DNA from: an uncultured delta proteobacterium
GTDB lineage: Bacteria; Desulfobacterota; Binatia; UBA9968
Reading direction: 5' to 3'
Assembly (NCBI GenBank): GCA_963804165.1
Contig: CAWDPO010000003.1
Span: 192,001 to 256,000, forward strand
DNA length: 64,000 nt
Position numbers and translations under genes: made by a program. Of this stretch, positions 41,962 to 52,486 are shown piece by piece. The stretch's first letter is position 1. Each line of letters starts with the position of its first letter. Under the pieces are notes generated by a model. It was not told the origin of the DNA. It did no database searches and saw only the letters and a program-made list of their open reading frames with translations.

Positions 41962-43319
41962 ATGCGAAGAAATAATGAATTGAAACTGTGGCTGTTTTTA
42001 TTGTGCACCTTCGTGCTCGGGTTACAACCCGCCCACGCCGACGTGGTAACCGACTGCGCCGACGTGGTTCTAAGCGGTGAGGTTGACGAGACCCTGGCGT
42101 GGAATCAGGTGATGCTCGATGCGATCGTCGCGGGCAACCTCGGCAATCCGCAGACGATACGTATGGCGGCGACCGTGAACACCGCGATGTTCGACGCCCG
42201 AAACGGCGTCAGCCGGAAATACACGCCCATCTTCGTGACGCAGACGGCGCCGCCGGCAACCCATTGCCGCGCGGCGGTGGTGCAGGCCGCCTATGTCGCC
42301 TTGAAATCTTTCTATCCGGCGCAGCTGAGCCGGTTCGACAACCAGCGCGCCTTGTCTCTCGCCGCGTTCGCCGGCGTCGACCCGGCGAACATCCAGCGTG
42401 GCATCGCTTGGGGCGAGAACGTCGCGAACCAAGTCTGGGCGTGGCGTGCGGCCGACGGCTTCAGCAACCCGGTGCCCCCTTTCACCGGTGCCGGCGCGGT
42501 CGTCGGCCAGTGGGAGTCCGCGACGGGTACCAGCATGTCGCCGGGCAACATCCCCTTCACCGCGCCGTTCGTGCTGACAAGCAACACCCAGTTCCAGTCG
42601 GCCTTTGTACGGCCATGGGCGGCCCTCGACAGCGCGGCATATGCCGCGAGCTTCAACGAGGTCGCGACGCTGGGCGCGAAGACCGGCTCGCGCCGGACCT
42701 TGGACCAAACTCACATCGCGTTTTTCTTCAACGGCTACGCCACCAACGACTACGTCGAGGCGGCGATTCAGCTCGTCAAGGCTCACCGCACCAGCCGCGG
42801 CGAGAACTCCCGCATCTTCGCGCTGCTCACCATCGCGATGCACGACACGTCGGTGATCGTGTTCCGCGCCAAGCGCGACTTCGGCATGAATCCCGCGGAC
42901 GTGACCTGGCGTCCGATCAAGGCCATTGCACAGGCGGATCTCGACGGTAACTCGAACACCGCCCCGATCTCCGGCTGGGTTCCGCTCATCGCGACACCGA
43001 ATCACCCCGAGTATGCGGCCTCGCATCCGGGATCGCACGGCGCCGGCCCGCGCGTACTCCAGCACTTCTTCGGCGACGTAAACACCTTCGAGCTACACCC
43101 CGCGTTCAACTCCGTCTTCCCGGGACCTCCGGAGGGTGGAGTCCAGCCGCGGCGCTATACGCGCATCTCGGACATGGCGCAGGAAGGTATCGACGCACGC
43201 ACCTACGGCGGCATGCACTTCCGCGGCGCGAGCGAGGCGACCCGGCTTTGGGCGCTCAGATCGCCGACTATGTCCTGAAGAACTATCTGCGACCGGTCGA
43301 TCAGTCGGCCAGCAAATGA
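41962..43319 (+). CDS. Secreted vanadium haloperoxidase/PAP2-superfamily protein (frameshift near 3' end)
   Basis: K...WRP, TPNHPEYAASH, ARTYGGMHFR motifs; signal peptide. Confidence 0.85.
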
Positions 43320-43368
43320 GAACGTCCTGAGGCTCCTCGGTTTCGGTAGTCATAAACCAGGAGGTTTT

Positions 43369-45165
43369 ATGAGACTGGTTGCTAGCATACTTTTCCTTTC
43401 TCTCTTTCTTGCCGGTCAATCCTGGGCTCAGGCCGGCCGGGGGATGACGATCTTCGCTGATGCGATTTTCTACAACGGGAAAGTCCTTACCGTAGATGAG
43501 CGCTTCTCGGTGGCCCAGGCCTTTGCGGTCCGCGAGGGGAAAATCATGGCGGTGGGGAGCGACCGCGAGATCCTCGATCTCGCAGGGCCCAAGAGCCAGA
43601 GAGTAGATCTCAAGGGAAAAACCGTTCTTCCCGGATTTATCGATACCCATGCTCATCTTTTCATCTATGCGGTGGAAAACTGGTCCTCCGACCTGGAATC
43701 CCTTGAGCCTCAGCTCAAAGAGTTTCGCCAGCGCGAGTTGAGAGTCGGTTCCGTCGAGGAAGGGTCGGCTACTTTAAAAAAGATCGCAGATCAAAGTCCG
43801 CCGGACAAGATAATCAATATTAGAATCCAGCCGGTCTCGGTGGCCGAGGAGTTTGGCCGCAAGAACTGGCTCGAGGAGATGGATGAAATCGCACCGAGTA
43901 ACCCGATGCTCGTGCGGCTTCGCGGCGGTGACTGGAGGGCCAACAGTTTGGTCTTCAAGATGTTTACCGACTACTTTGGCGAGCTGCCGGAGGACATCCC
44001 TACCGACGCCAACAAAAAACCGACCGGCCAAATTAATAACGTGGTCGTGTCGGTGCTTACCGGAGAAATCGTCGTGCAGAAGCCCCAGACTCTGGCTGTA
44101 GTCTACAAAAAAGAACTCCAGGCATGGGCAGCGCACGGCGTGACCACCTGGTCGTCTTTTTTGCCCACGGCTAAGGTCATGAGCGGTTTTGTTCTCCTGG
44201 ACCGGGCCGGCGAGATGCCGATCCGCTTTGCCTACTCCCACCAGATGGGAAGCGCGGGTTTTCCTCAAGCGGCAGGGTTCTACGAACGACTGGGAAATAT
44301 CGCTGGGCATGGGACCGATTATCTTTGGACCATTGGGGTCGCCCTTTCCCCGTTGGACGGCAGCTACCCCGAACACTGCACGAGCATCCAGGCTGCGGAG
44401 CGGGTAAAGTCGCGCGAAAAGTGCGAGGCCCACGCTCAATATAGAATCATGCGCGCGGCCGTTCGAGCCGGCCTCAGGAGTCCCGGCACCCACGCTTATG
44501 GCGAGGGATCGGTGGATAAATTCCTGGACATCATTGAAACAGCCAGTGCTGAGGCGGGTCTTTCGCTGGAAGAGATCCGTTCCAAGAATCACGTCATTGA
44601 CCATTGTGGAATGAGTCCACGACCCGATCAGATCGAACGGGCAAAAAAGTTTAACGTGATCTGGAGCTGCGCTCCGAGATACATCGAGATCGCCGAACAT
44701 ATTTCGAAAGAGTATGGAGAAAGGTACGCTCACGAGTGGAACGCGCCGATTCAGACTATTCTGCGAGCCGGTGGAAGAGTCGTGGGCGAGACGGATGACG
44801 GCGGACTGCACAGGAGACAGGGTGGCATTTTCGCTCACATAAAATATGCCGTGACGCGAAAGGACTCCAAGGGTATAGTCTGGGGGCCCAAAGAAGCCGT
44901 GGACAAAGAGACCGCCCTTAAGATCTTTACTCGGTGGGCAGCAGAGTATGTTATGCGCGAAAAGGCGCTGGGTTCTCTGGAGCCGGGGAAATGGGCTGAT
45001 TTTATGCTTATCGACAAGGACTACTTAGCGATGCCTGACCAGGAGCTTTCCATGATCAATGTCCTGATGACCGTTGTAGGCGGGAAACCTGTTTACACCG
45101 AGCCTGGGTTCGCCAAGGCTGAGGGTTTGGAGGCTGTGGGGCTTAAGTGGCGTAGCAACCCGTGA
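43369..45165 (+). CDS. Secreted amidohydrolase-3 (YtcJ-like) protein
   Basis: NGKVLTVD, DLKGKTVLPGFIDTHAH, HAYG, IDH, GSLEPGKWADF, MTVVGGKPVY. Confidence 0.88.
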   Translation: MRLVASILFLSLFLAGQSWAQAGRGMTIFADAIFYNGKVLTVDERFSVAQAFAVREGKIMAVGSDREILDLAGPKSQRVDLKGKTVLPGFIDTHAHLFIYAVENWSSDLESLEPQLKEFRQRELRVGSVEEGSATLKKIADQSPPDKIINIRIQPVSVAEEFGRKNWLEEMDEIAPSNPMLVRLRGGDWRANSLVFKMFTDYFGELPEDIPTDANKKPTGQINNVVVSVLTGEIVVQKPQTLAVVYKKELQAWAAHGVTTWSSFLPTAKVMSGFVLLDRAGEMPIRFAYSHQMGSAGFPQAAGFYERLGNIAGHGTDYLWTIGVALSPLDGSYPEHCTSIQAAERVKSREKCEAHAQYRIMRAAVRAGLRSPGTHAYGEGSVDKFLDIIETASAEAGLSLEEIRSKNHVIDHCGMSPRPDQIERAKKFNVIWSCAPRYIEIAEHISKEYGERYAHEWNAPIQTILRAGGRVVGETDDGGLHRRQGGIFAHIKYAVTRKDSKGIVWGPKEAVDKETALKIFTRWAAEYVMREKALGSLEPGKWADFMLIDKDYLAMPDQELSMINVLMTVVGGKPVYTEPGFAKAEGLEAVGLKWRSNP

Positions 45166-45303
45166 AGATCGGCAAGGGCGTAGTTTATCCTTTAATCAAA
45201 CGCCGTAAAAGTCATGTAGGGTGAGGCGGGAAGATAAGCAGGAGATAGTGCGCAGCTCTTTCCGAATAGTCCGGGGCGGGACCTGAACGGGACACAAAGA
45301 CAC

Positions 45304-46299
45304 ATGCTAGGAAGCTTGAAAATTGTCCTTATCGCTCTCACTGTTGTTGGCCTCGCGGCGCTCTCATCAGAGGCTCAGCAGAGGGGAAAAGTCTACCGAC
45401 TCGGCTTTTTGGCTTTCGGGTCGCCTCCGTCCGAGCCTGTTCCGACTGAATATCCTTTCGAGGCGTTTCGCCACAAACTGCACGAGCTTCGTTATATTGA
45501 AGGACAAAATCTTGTCATTGAACGGCGGTACGCACGGGGCAAACTGGAAATGTTACCTGTTTTCGCCGCCGAATTGGTCCAACATAGAGTTGACGTCATC
45601 GTAACTTCGGGCGCTTCTGCTGTCCACGCCGCCCAAAAGGCAACGCTAACCATCCCGATCGTCATGGCAGGTGCGCCGGATCCCGTTGCATTCGGGTTGG
45701 TCGTCAGCCTCGCGCGGCCGGGCGCCAACGTAGCCGGATTGTCCGATTCAGCAGGACGGGAGATCGAAGGCAAGCGTTTGGAGCTACTGAAGGAGAGCTT
45801 CCCACGGATCGCGCGCGTCGCGGTGATCCTGGATTCTGCCAGTCGAGTAGATGTCACACCTGTAAAAGAAGCAGCCCAAGTATTGGGGCTTAAACTACTG
45901 CTCTCACCCGAGACCGCAACTCCCGAAGAGTTTCACAGCTCGTTTGCTTTACTGAAGCGGGAGGGAGCCCAAGCGCTTTTTGCGCCAGAGACACCGATCA
46001 ACGTCCGTCACCGAGTGCTTATCGTAGAGCTTGCGGCGAAGTACCAGTTGCCGGCGATGTATGGATCGAGAGAGTTCGTGGAAGGTGGAGGCCTCATGTC
46101 TTATGGGCCGAACTTCTCTGACATTTTCCGACGGGCGGCTGTATACGTTGATCGGATCCTGAAAGGTGCAAAGCCAGCGGATCTGCCCGTAGAGCAACCG
46201 ATAAAATTCGAGCTATTGATTAATCTTAAAACTGCCGAGGCGCTCAGACTGAAGATTCCAGGGGAGGTGCTAATGCAAGCTGATAAGGTAATAAAATGA
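45304..46299 (+). CDS. ABC_sub_bind family substrate-binding protein
   Basis: YRLGFL, YIEGQNLVIE, DPVAFGLVVSLARPG.N, GGLMSYG, YVDRILKGAKPADLPVEQPIKFEL.INLKTA. Confidence 0.92.
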   Translation: MLGSLKIVLIALTVVGLAALSSEAQQRGKVYRLGFLAFGSPPSEPVPTEYPFEAFRHKLHELRYIEGQNLVIERRYARGKLEMLPVFAAELVQHRVDVIVTSGASAVHAAQKATLTIPIVMAGAPDPVAFGLVVSLARPGANVAGLSDSAGREIEGKRLELLKESFPRIARVAVILDSASRVDVTPVKEAAQVLGLKLLLSPETATPEEFHSSFALLKREGAQALFAPETPINVRHRVLIVELAAKYQLPAMYGSREFVEGGGLMSYGPNFSDIFRRAAVYVDRILKGAKPADLPVEQPIKFELLINLKTAEALRLKIPGEVLMQADKVIK

Positions 46300-46419
46300 T
46301 AGCGATCAGTGATCAGTGGTCAGGAAAAATACCGGGAGAAACTCACGAGAAAAACAATCATTATCTGGCTACTGGAGGCTGTCGCGTGATTCTTTGGCTT
46401 TGCGTTTGCTTCAAAGATT

Positions 46420-46557
46420 ATGAATATGGAGCTTAAGAGTTTAAACTACATCTGCAATCTCATCAAGGTGCCGGCTCCCAAAACTGATGTCGACGGTGTA
46501 TTTAAAACTGCAAAACAGCAGATTGCGGAAGAAGAAATCGTAGTCGCAGACCCCTAA
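46420..46557 (+). CDS. Possible 45-aa ORF or gene remnant
   Basis: MNMELKSLNYICNLIKVPAPKTDVDGVFKTAKQQIAEEEIVVADP; no clear RBS. Confidence 0.25.
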   Translation: MNMELKSLNYICNLIKVPAPKTDVDGVFKTAKQQIAEEEIVVADP

Positions 46558-46612
46558 TGGTCCGACCGCAAAAGCGGGTCTTAAAGCTGGTGATCAGGAG
46601 CCCGGAGAACCC

Positions 46613-47116
46613 ATGAGTAGAAAGATCCTTCAGCTTCTTATCATTACGGCCGTTCTGGGTTCAGGACGTCTGGCCCTCGGGCAGCAGGCGATTTTTCTCG
46701 TCCGGCATACCGAACAAGATGGGCTACCTTCGGTTGTCGATGACCCTGCTCTCACTGAGGTCGGGCATCGGCGCGCTCAAGCGTTGGCCCAGGTGTTGAA
46801 AGACGCGGGCATCAATGTGATTTATACTACCGAACGCAGGCGGTCGATACAGACCGCAGAGCCCATTTCGAAGTCACTGAATATTGAGAGCAAGCGGCTG
46901 CCGTCGCGAGATCCCGACGGGCTCATCGGTCGACTCCGCACCCAACATCTCAACGACCGTGTCTTGGTTGTCAGCCATTCTCTGACCCTTCCCCGTTTGC
47001 TCAAAGCCCTGGGATACCCCATAGATATCACGATTGCATCGAAAGAATACGATAATCTCTTCGTGATCGTACCAAAGAGCGATGGCAGCCCTTTAGTCTT
47101 ACGCTTGCGCTATTAG
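46613..47116 (+). CDS. Secreted histidine phosphatase (phosphoglycerate mutase/SixA-like)
   Basis: IFLVRHTE, LTEVGHRRA, RSIQTAEP, VLVVSHS. Confidence 0.85.
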   Translation: MSRKILQLLIITAVLGSGRLALGQQAIFLVRHTEQDGLPSVVDDPALTEVGHRRAQALAQVLKDAGINVIYTTERRRSIQTAEPISKSLNIESKRLPSRDPDGLIGRLRTQHLNDRVLVVSHSLTLPRLLKALGYPIDITIASKEYDNLFVIVPKSDGSPLVLRLRY

Positions 47117-47176
47117 TGTTGGCTCGCTTTACTCTCTAATCAGGCTGGTACACAGTATCGTCCATTACCGGAGAGG

Positions 47177-49143
47177 ATGAAAAAAGGAGGGTTAAGGCAA
47201 TCCGCGGCGCACAAAGATTACTGGCGCTGCCGCTTCTTTCGGCTCTTTGGAAGCCGCAGGCGGGGAAGGCTTGTTCGCCATTACTTTCTGATTTCAGTCC
47301 TGCTTATCAGCGGTGGGCTGATCGCGAGCGGGCTCCTGGAGGTTTACTTCCGCTATCGAGAGAGCCGAGAGCAGCTAGATCTCTTTAATCAAGAGGTCGC
47401 AGCGGGAGCTGCTTTCAAAATAGAGCGCTTTGTTCAAGAGATCGAAACCTTGATGAAAGCAGCAACGAAAAACCGCGATATTGTTCTCAAAGGGCTTTCG
47501 CAAGAATACAGATTTGAACTAAGGAGACTCTTTCTCGTGGCCCCTGCGATCACCGATGCAGTGGCGGTTGATGCGGCGGGGATAGTACATGCTCGATTCT
47601 CGCGCTTGCGGACTGCGTTTTCAAAAGTCGATGCGGACCTTGCGAACTCACCTGCCTTTCTCCAAGGCAGGCAAGGTCGATCCTATTTTGGTCCGGTTTA
47701 TTTGGTGCGGGGCTCTGAACCTCACATGACTATAGCCGTTCCGATTGAGCCCTTTGCGGGCAACGTCATCGGTGTCCTCGTGGCTCGGGTGAACCTTAAG
47801 TACATTAACGAAGTCGTTTCCGACATTAAAGTCGGAAAAGCCGGCTACGCCTATGCTGTGACCCACTCCGGCGACCTCATTGCCCACCCCGATGTCAGTC
47901 TGGTCTTGCAAGCGCGCAATGTAGCCCAGCTTTCTCATGTGAAAGCAGCTTTTCAGTCTTCCGCGAATGCTGCCAAGCCGAGCGCGACAGTGACTCATAA
48001 CTTTCAAGGGCTGAAGGTCCTCAGCTCTTATGCTTTAATACCGGGCTTGAATTGGGCCGTCTTCATTGAACTTCCTGTGCAAGAGGCCTACGCACAGATC
48101 TACGCATCGATCTTCCGGACCTCCACTCTTCTTCTGCTAGGGCTTGGCATGGCTCTTTTGGCGAGCCTCTTCGTGGCCAGGCGCGTAGTCCACCCGCTGG
48201 AGACGCTGAGAAAAGGCGTTGAACGAATCGGTGGAGGCGATATGAGCTTGCGCCTCGATTTAAAGACGGGAGACGAGATCGAAATTCTCGCAGAAGAGTT
48301 CAACAAAATGGCACGAATCTTCGCCAGGCGTACGCCGGCTTGGAGCGAAAGGTTGCGGAGAGGACCCAGGAGCTTGCTGTTGCCAACGAAAGGCTCAAGG
48401 AACTGGATCGATTGAAATCGGACTTCGTGTCTAATGTCTCGCATGAACTAAGAACGCCACTGACGGCGATCAAAGGTGCCGTGGATCTGATACTTCGCGA
48501 GGTGCCGGGACCTCTCAATGAAAAACAATTCCACTATCTCATTCGCGTGAGGTCGAATACCCAGCATTTAGCCGGGCTGATCAACGATCTGCTTGATCTG
48601 TCGAAGATCGAGGAGGGGAAAATCGAGTTTCAATCTACGCGCGTCTCTCTCGGAGGGCTCGTGCATGAAGTCGTGGAAACTCTGCGGCCTGTGGCGGCGG
48701 AGAAGACGATTGAGATTGAGCTGACAGTTCCGGAGACTTCCATGCTCGTCTGGGCTGACCGAGACAAAATCACACAGGTGTTGATGAATCTCATCGGCAA
48801 TGCAATCAAGTTTACCCAAGCTGAAGGCAGGGTCACGGTCTCCATCGCACGAAACGGCAACGAGATGGTTCAAGTCTCCGTCAGTGATACAGGTCTGGGG
48901 ATTCCCCAAGAGGAGAGTCAGAAGATTTTTCACAAATTCTATCAGGTCGCCGAGGGTAGCGGGACAAAACCCAAAGGCACGGGCCTCGGTCTTGCCATCT
49001 CCAAGGCGCTTGTGGAGTTGCACTGCGGAAAGATCTGGGTTGAATCCCAGGTGGGGCGTGGAAGCACTTTCTGTTTTACGCTGCCGGTATCAGCAGCGGG
49101 AAAGCCGGGATCCCTGGCGAATGCGGATGTAGAGGTCTGCTAA
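47177..49143 (+). CDS. Sensor histidine kinase, Cache + HAMP + HisKA + HATPase (1 frameshift)
   Basis: Two TM segments, YFGPVY...G.AY.V...GDLIAHPD Cache, TGDEIEILAEEFN HAMP, SHELRTPL, NLIGNAIKF, GTGLGL. Confidence 0.9.
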
Positions 49144-49149
49144 TCTCAG

Positions 49150-50502
49150 ATGAAAACTCCCAGCGGAACCATACTTGTCGCTGATGACGACGTCGATATT
49201 CGCGACATTCTAAAGGATACGCTCAACAGCCTCGGTGCCACGATTGTTACCGCAGCCAATGGCCAGGAGTGTTTAGAACGTGTAGAGGTGGAGACTCCGG
49301 ACTTTATTCTGCTCGATATCGAAATGCCGATTAAAAGCGGTCTCCAAGTACTGCAGGAATTACGGCAGGGCGGAAATGATACCACGGTGATTATGATAAC
49401 CGCTTATGGCACGATCGAGCGCGCCGTACAAGCGATGAAGCAAGGCGCGTATGATTTCATCACCAAGCCGTTCGATCTCGATCATATTGTACTCACCGTC
49501 GAAAAGGCGCTGGAGCGCGAGAGACTAAAGAGAGGCCTGGAACAATTTGTCGTAGAGGTAGGCGAACGCTATCGCTTAGTCGATGGCGAGAGTACGAAGA
49601 TGCGAGAGGCTATCGACACCGCCAAAAAAGCCGCGACGAGCAGATCGACGGTGCTGCTGCTCGGTGAAAGCGGCACCGGGAAAGAGGTCTTTGCCCGGGC
49701 GATTCATAACTGGAGTGAAAGAAAGCGGGAGCCTTTCGTTGCCATCAATTGCGTCGGTCTCTCTAGGGAACTCCTCGAAAGCGAGCTCTTTGGCCATGAA
49801 AAGGGCGCGTTCACGGGAGCGCATCAACTCAAGAAGGGCAAGATGGAGTTGGCCCACGGTGGCACCCTGTTTCTCGACGAAGTCGGAGATATATCGGCGG
49901 AGCTGCAAACCAAACTGTTGAGATTCCTCCAGGAGCGGGAATTCGAACGCGTAGGAGGGACGCGGCCAATTCCAGTCGATGTTCGCGTGATTGCGGCGAC
50001 CAACCGCGATCTATCGAGCGCCTTGAAAGAGGGACGCTTTCGCGAGGATCTCTTTTATCGTCTTAACGTTATAGCCATTGAGCTGCCGCCGTTGAAACAC
50101 AGGAAGGAAGACATCCCGGTCCTCGCGCAATACTTCCTGCGTCGTTTTGCTTCAGAAACTAAAAAGAACTTTTCCGATTTTGCCAAAGACGCGGAAGCAA
50201 GGCTGCTCGCGTACGACTGGCCGGGCAACGTCCGCGAGTTGGCGAATGTCATCGAGCGCGCCGTGGTGCTCGGCCAGGGCCCTCTGGTTACGGTCGACGA
50301 TCTGCCGCCCCCAATCGGATCTGTGGAAACGGCGGCTTCATCTGACGGTCTGTCGTACCGTGGTGCTCTCGATATTGCGAGAGCGGAGGTTATTAGACGC
50401 GCCCTCGCTTCGACGCAAGGTAATCGGGCCGCCGCTGCTCGAAAACTCGGTTTGCATAAGACACACCTGCTGAATTTGATGAAGACGCTGAGAATTGAAT
50501 AG
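49150..50502 (+). CDS. Sigma54-dependent response regulator (NtrC/AtoC family)
   Basis: Receiver domain, GESGTGKE, ESELFGHEKGAFTGA, LFLDE, FREDLFYRLNV, WPGNVREL, Fis-type HTH. Confidence 0.95.
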   Translation: MKTPSGTILVADDDVDIRDILKDTLNSLGATIVTAANGQECLERVEVETPDFILLDIEMPIKSGLQVLQELRQGGNDTTVIMITAYGTIERAVQAMKQGAYDFITKPFDLDHIVLTVEKALERERLKRGLEQFVVEVGERYRLVDGESTKMREAIDTAKKAATSRSTVLLLGESGTGKEVFARAIHNWSERKREPFVAINCVGLSRELLESELFGHEKGAFTGAHQLKKGKMELAHGGTLFLDEVGDISAELQTKLLRFLQEREFERVGGTRPIPVDVRVIAATNRDLSSALKEGRFREDLFYRLNVIAIELPPLKHRKEDIPVLAQYFLRRFASETKKNFSDFAKDAEARLLAYDWPGNVRELANVIERAVVLGQGPLVTVDDLPPPIGSVETAASSDGLSYRGALDIARAEVIRRALASTQGNRAAAARKLGLHKTHLLNLMKTLRIE

Positions 50503-50525
50503 ACTAAGAGTGTTACGTCCCAATG

Positions 50526-50599
50526 GGTCCAACCTTCCAATCGTTCCAGCGGTTCATGCTCTCTGACTCGCTCAACACGTTCAAAAACGGTTTGAGCGG
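50526..50599. repeat. 9-nt-period degenerate tandem repeat
   Basis: CTTCCAATC GTTCCAGCG GTTCATGCT ... CGTTCAAAAACGGTTTGAGCGG. Confidence 0.55.
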
Positions 50600-50604
50600 T
50601 AGCC

Positions 50605-51006
50605 CTAGTCCCAGACGGTACGAACCAAACCGGAGTGGTGGATTCTTTTATCGCCCGTGATGAGCGGTGAGCCCGCGACTCTGGCCTGCGCGATGATCAG
50701 ACGGTCATACGGATCCCTGACGGTTGTAAATGTTGCCGCTTCGAGAAGCAGGTCGGTGTCGTTGACGCCCAAATCAAAATTGTCGGCCTGTCGTATTGAG
50801 ACCACGAAGTCGCGGAATGGTAGAGGAAGGCGAATTTTGCCAATCTCTGAAAGGAGCATCACTTCTTCCAGGACGGTAAATGGCACTATCATGGTCTCCC
50901 GCCCACGTTTTACCGCGTCAAAAACACTTAAGGCTCTGCGGCCAAGGCGAGTCCTTCGACCCGTGACATGATAAACGAAGGGATGGGTATCCGTGACGAA
51001 CGTCAT
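50605..51006 (-). CDS. vapC: PIN-domain (VapC-like) toxin
   Basis: VTDTH, VLEEV, RDPYDRLIIAQA, LITGD. Confidence 0.9.
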   Translation of the reverse strand: MTFVTDTHPFVYHVTGRRTRLGRRALSVFDAVKRGRETMIVPFTVLEEVMLLSEIGKIRLPLPFRDFVVSIRQADNFDLGVNDTDLLLEAATFTTVRDPYDRLIIAQARVAGSPLITGDKRIHHSGLVRTVWD

Positions 51007-51302
51007 GGAAACTTCTTAACGACGGCTTCGATCCGTGACTTGCGCAGCTCGCGTATTGCTTCGTCGATGTCGCCAACGGCTGTAGCGATCCCTTCAAGAT
51101 TGATGATCCTTTTCCCGCCGACATCTTTTAAATACCTCGACGTGCCTGAGAGTTGCCGATATTTCTCGATGCCGATAATGACCGCCAGCGGTTTTTGCCG
51201 TTTAGAGACGACGTAAGTGTCTCCACTTTCGGCGACCCGATCGACTATTTCGCTGAGCTTCGACCGAGCCTGCACGAATGTCATGACTTTCTCTTTCCCC
51301 AT
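51003..51302 (-). CDS. Phd/YefM-family antitoxin
   Basis: QARSKLSEIVDRV...VVSKRQKPLAVII; ATGA overlap with the toxin. Confidence 0.9.
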   Translation of the reverse strand: MGKEKVMTFVQARSKLSEIVDRVAESGDTYVVSKRQKPLAVIIGIEKYRQLSGTSRYLKDVGGKRIINLEGIATAVGDIDEAIRELRKSRIEAVVKKFP

Positions 51303-51313
51303 GATTATCTCCT

Positions 51314-51323
51314 TGTGTACACA
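51314..51323. promoter_or_regulatory. Candidate antitoxin operator palindrome
   Basis: TGTGTACACA next to the antitoxin RBS; a TGTACA core is known from yefM-yoeB operators. Confidence 0.55.
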
Positions 51324-51461
51324 TTAAATGACACCAGGGCATGAATTGCGTCAATTTGGCTGAAAAGCCGTTGATCATGTTCCGACCGGTCGCTGGGCGT
51401 TCCGTTCAGCAGACCGCCGGCTTGACGCGTTCCTTACAGTTAAGAGAGGATTCGAAATTAG

Positions 51462-51510
51462 GGTAACGGCTTGAACGATTTGAACGTTAGAAACGACCAA
51501 ATCGTTCAAG
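51462..51510. repeat. 9-nt-period degenerate tandem repeat, inverted relative to 50526
   Basis: GGTAACGGC TTGAACGAT TTGAACGTT AGAAACGAC CAAATCGTTCAAG. Confidence 0.6.
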
Positions 51511-51538
51511 CGCGATGCGTTGCGCGATAGACCGGAAG

Positions 51539-52378
51539 CTATTTAACCGGGTCCGGTACTCCGGGCGGTTTGGTCTTGGCGTCGTAGTATTCTTGGGAAA
51601 ATTCCGGTTTGCGTCTTTCTGAAAACGCCGCGGAACCTTCGTCGTAGTCTTTGCTCTGGCGCAGGTGAGCATAGAACTCGCGGTGAATCTCGAAGGCTTT
51701 TTCCCAGCCCTGGATGCCGTAGAGAAGTTTGTCTTCGATGAATTCCATCGTGTGTTGGGCGATCAGGCGGCCGTTGCGGTTGATCGTCGTCGCAAGCTCG
51801 ACGCAATCGTCGATAAGCTTGTCGGGCTCGCAGATCTTCTGCACCAGTCCCAGGCGAAAAGCAGTTTCGGCATCGATCATCTGGCCAGTTAGAGCAAGCC
51901 AGTACGCCCAGCCGGTCGGCAACTGGCAAATGTAGTGCGGCCAGGCGGCCATGTGCGACCAGCGGACTTCGGAGCAGCCGAACTTCGAGGCGGGAACGCA
52001 ATAGCGAATGTGGCACGCCAATGACAAGCTAAATCCACCGCCGACGGCGTAGCCGTTGATCGCGCCGATGATGGGTTTGTGCATTTCCAGCATGCGCGTG
52101 TTGGAATACGGCCGGGGCCCGGAGCGCGGCCCTTTCATTTCGCCTTTGGCGAAAGCGAGATTTTCTTTCAAGTCGCCGCCGACGCAGAAGGCGTCCGCGC
52201 TGCCGGTCAGAATGATCGACCAGACATCATCGTCATCCTTGGCTTTGTGCCAGGCCTCGTCGAGCGCCCAGTACAGATCGCGGCTGATGGCGTTCTTTTT
52301 CTCCGGACGGTTGAGACGAATAATCGCGATATGTGGATCGCGCTTCTCGTATACGCACAGGGGTTGCGGTTCTGACAT
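51539..52378 (-). CDS. Enoyl-CoA hydratase/isomerase (crotonase) family protein
   Basis: LNRPEKKNAI, AFCVGGDLK, KPIIGAINGYAVGGG, EGSAAFSERRKPEF. Confidence 0.93.
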   Translation of the reverse strand: MSEPQPLCVYEKRDPHIAIIRLNRPEKKNAISRDLYWALDEAWHKAKDDDDVWSIILTGSADAFCVGGDLKENLAFAKGEMKGPRSGPRPYSNTRMLEMHKPIIGAINGYAVGGGFSLSLACHIRYCVPASKFGCSEVRWSHMAAWPHYICQLPTGWAYWLALTGQMIDAETAFRLGLVQKICEPDKLIDDCVELATTINRNGRLIAQHTMEFIEDKLLYGIQGWEKAFEIHREFYAHLRQSKDYDEGSAAFSERRKPEFSQEYYDAKTKPPGVPDPVK

Positions 52379-52394
52379 GGGTTCCTCCTTTGTT

Positions 52395-52479
52395 TAGTTG
52401 CCAGTTGTTAGTTGACAGTTCCAGGACAAAAGCCAAGAATCAATTGCAGTTCGCTTGCTGACAACTGATCACTGGCAAC
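52395..52479. repeat. 7-nt-period tandem/inverted repeat hairpin
   Basis: TAGTTGC CAGTTGT TAGTTGA CAGTTCC ... CTGACAA CTGATCA CTGGCAA. Confidence 0.7.
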
Positions 52480-52486
52480 GTCGCCG

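Noticed and set aside
41588-43317. Shared GGCCAGCAAAT at the 3' ends of the rhodanese and haloperoxidase-like genes as a possible insertion duplication
   Set aside because: Only 11 bp, with no integrase or other boundary evidence
42070-44838. Long antisense and alternate-frame ORFs (42070-43065, 42099-42950, 43774-44838)
   Set aside because: GC-rich shadow ORFs overlapping well-supported genes
46296-46390. Short segment encoding RKTIIIWLL after the SBP gene, like the start of another SBP signal peptide
   Set aside because: No start codon or continuation; too short to call
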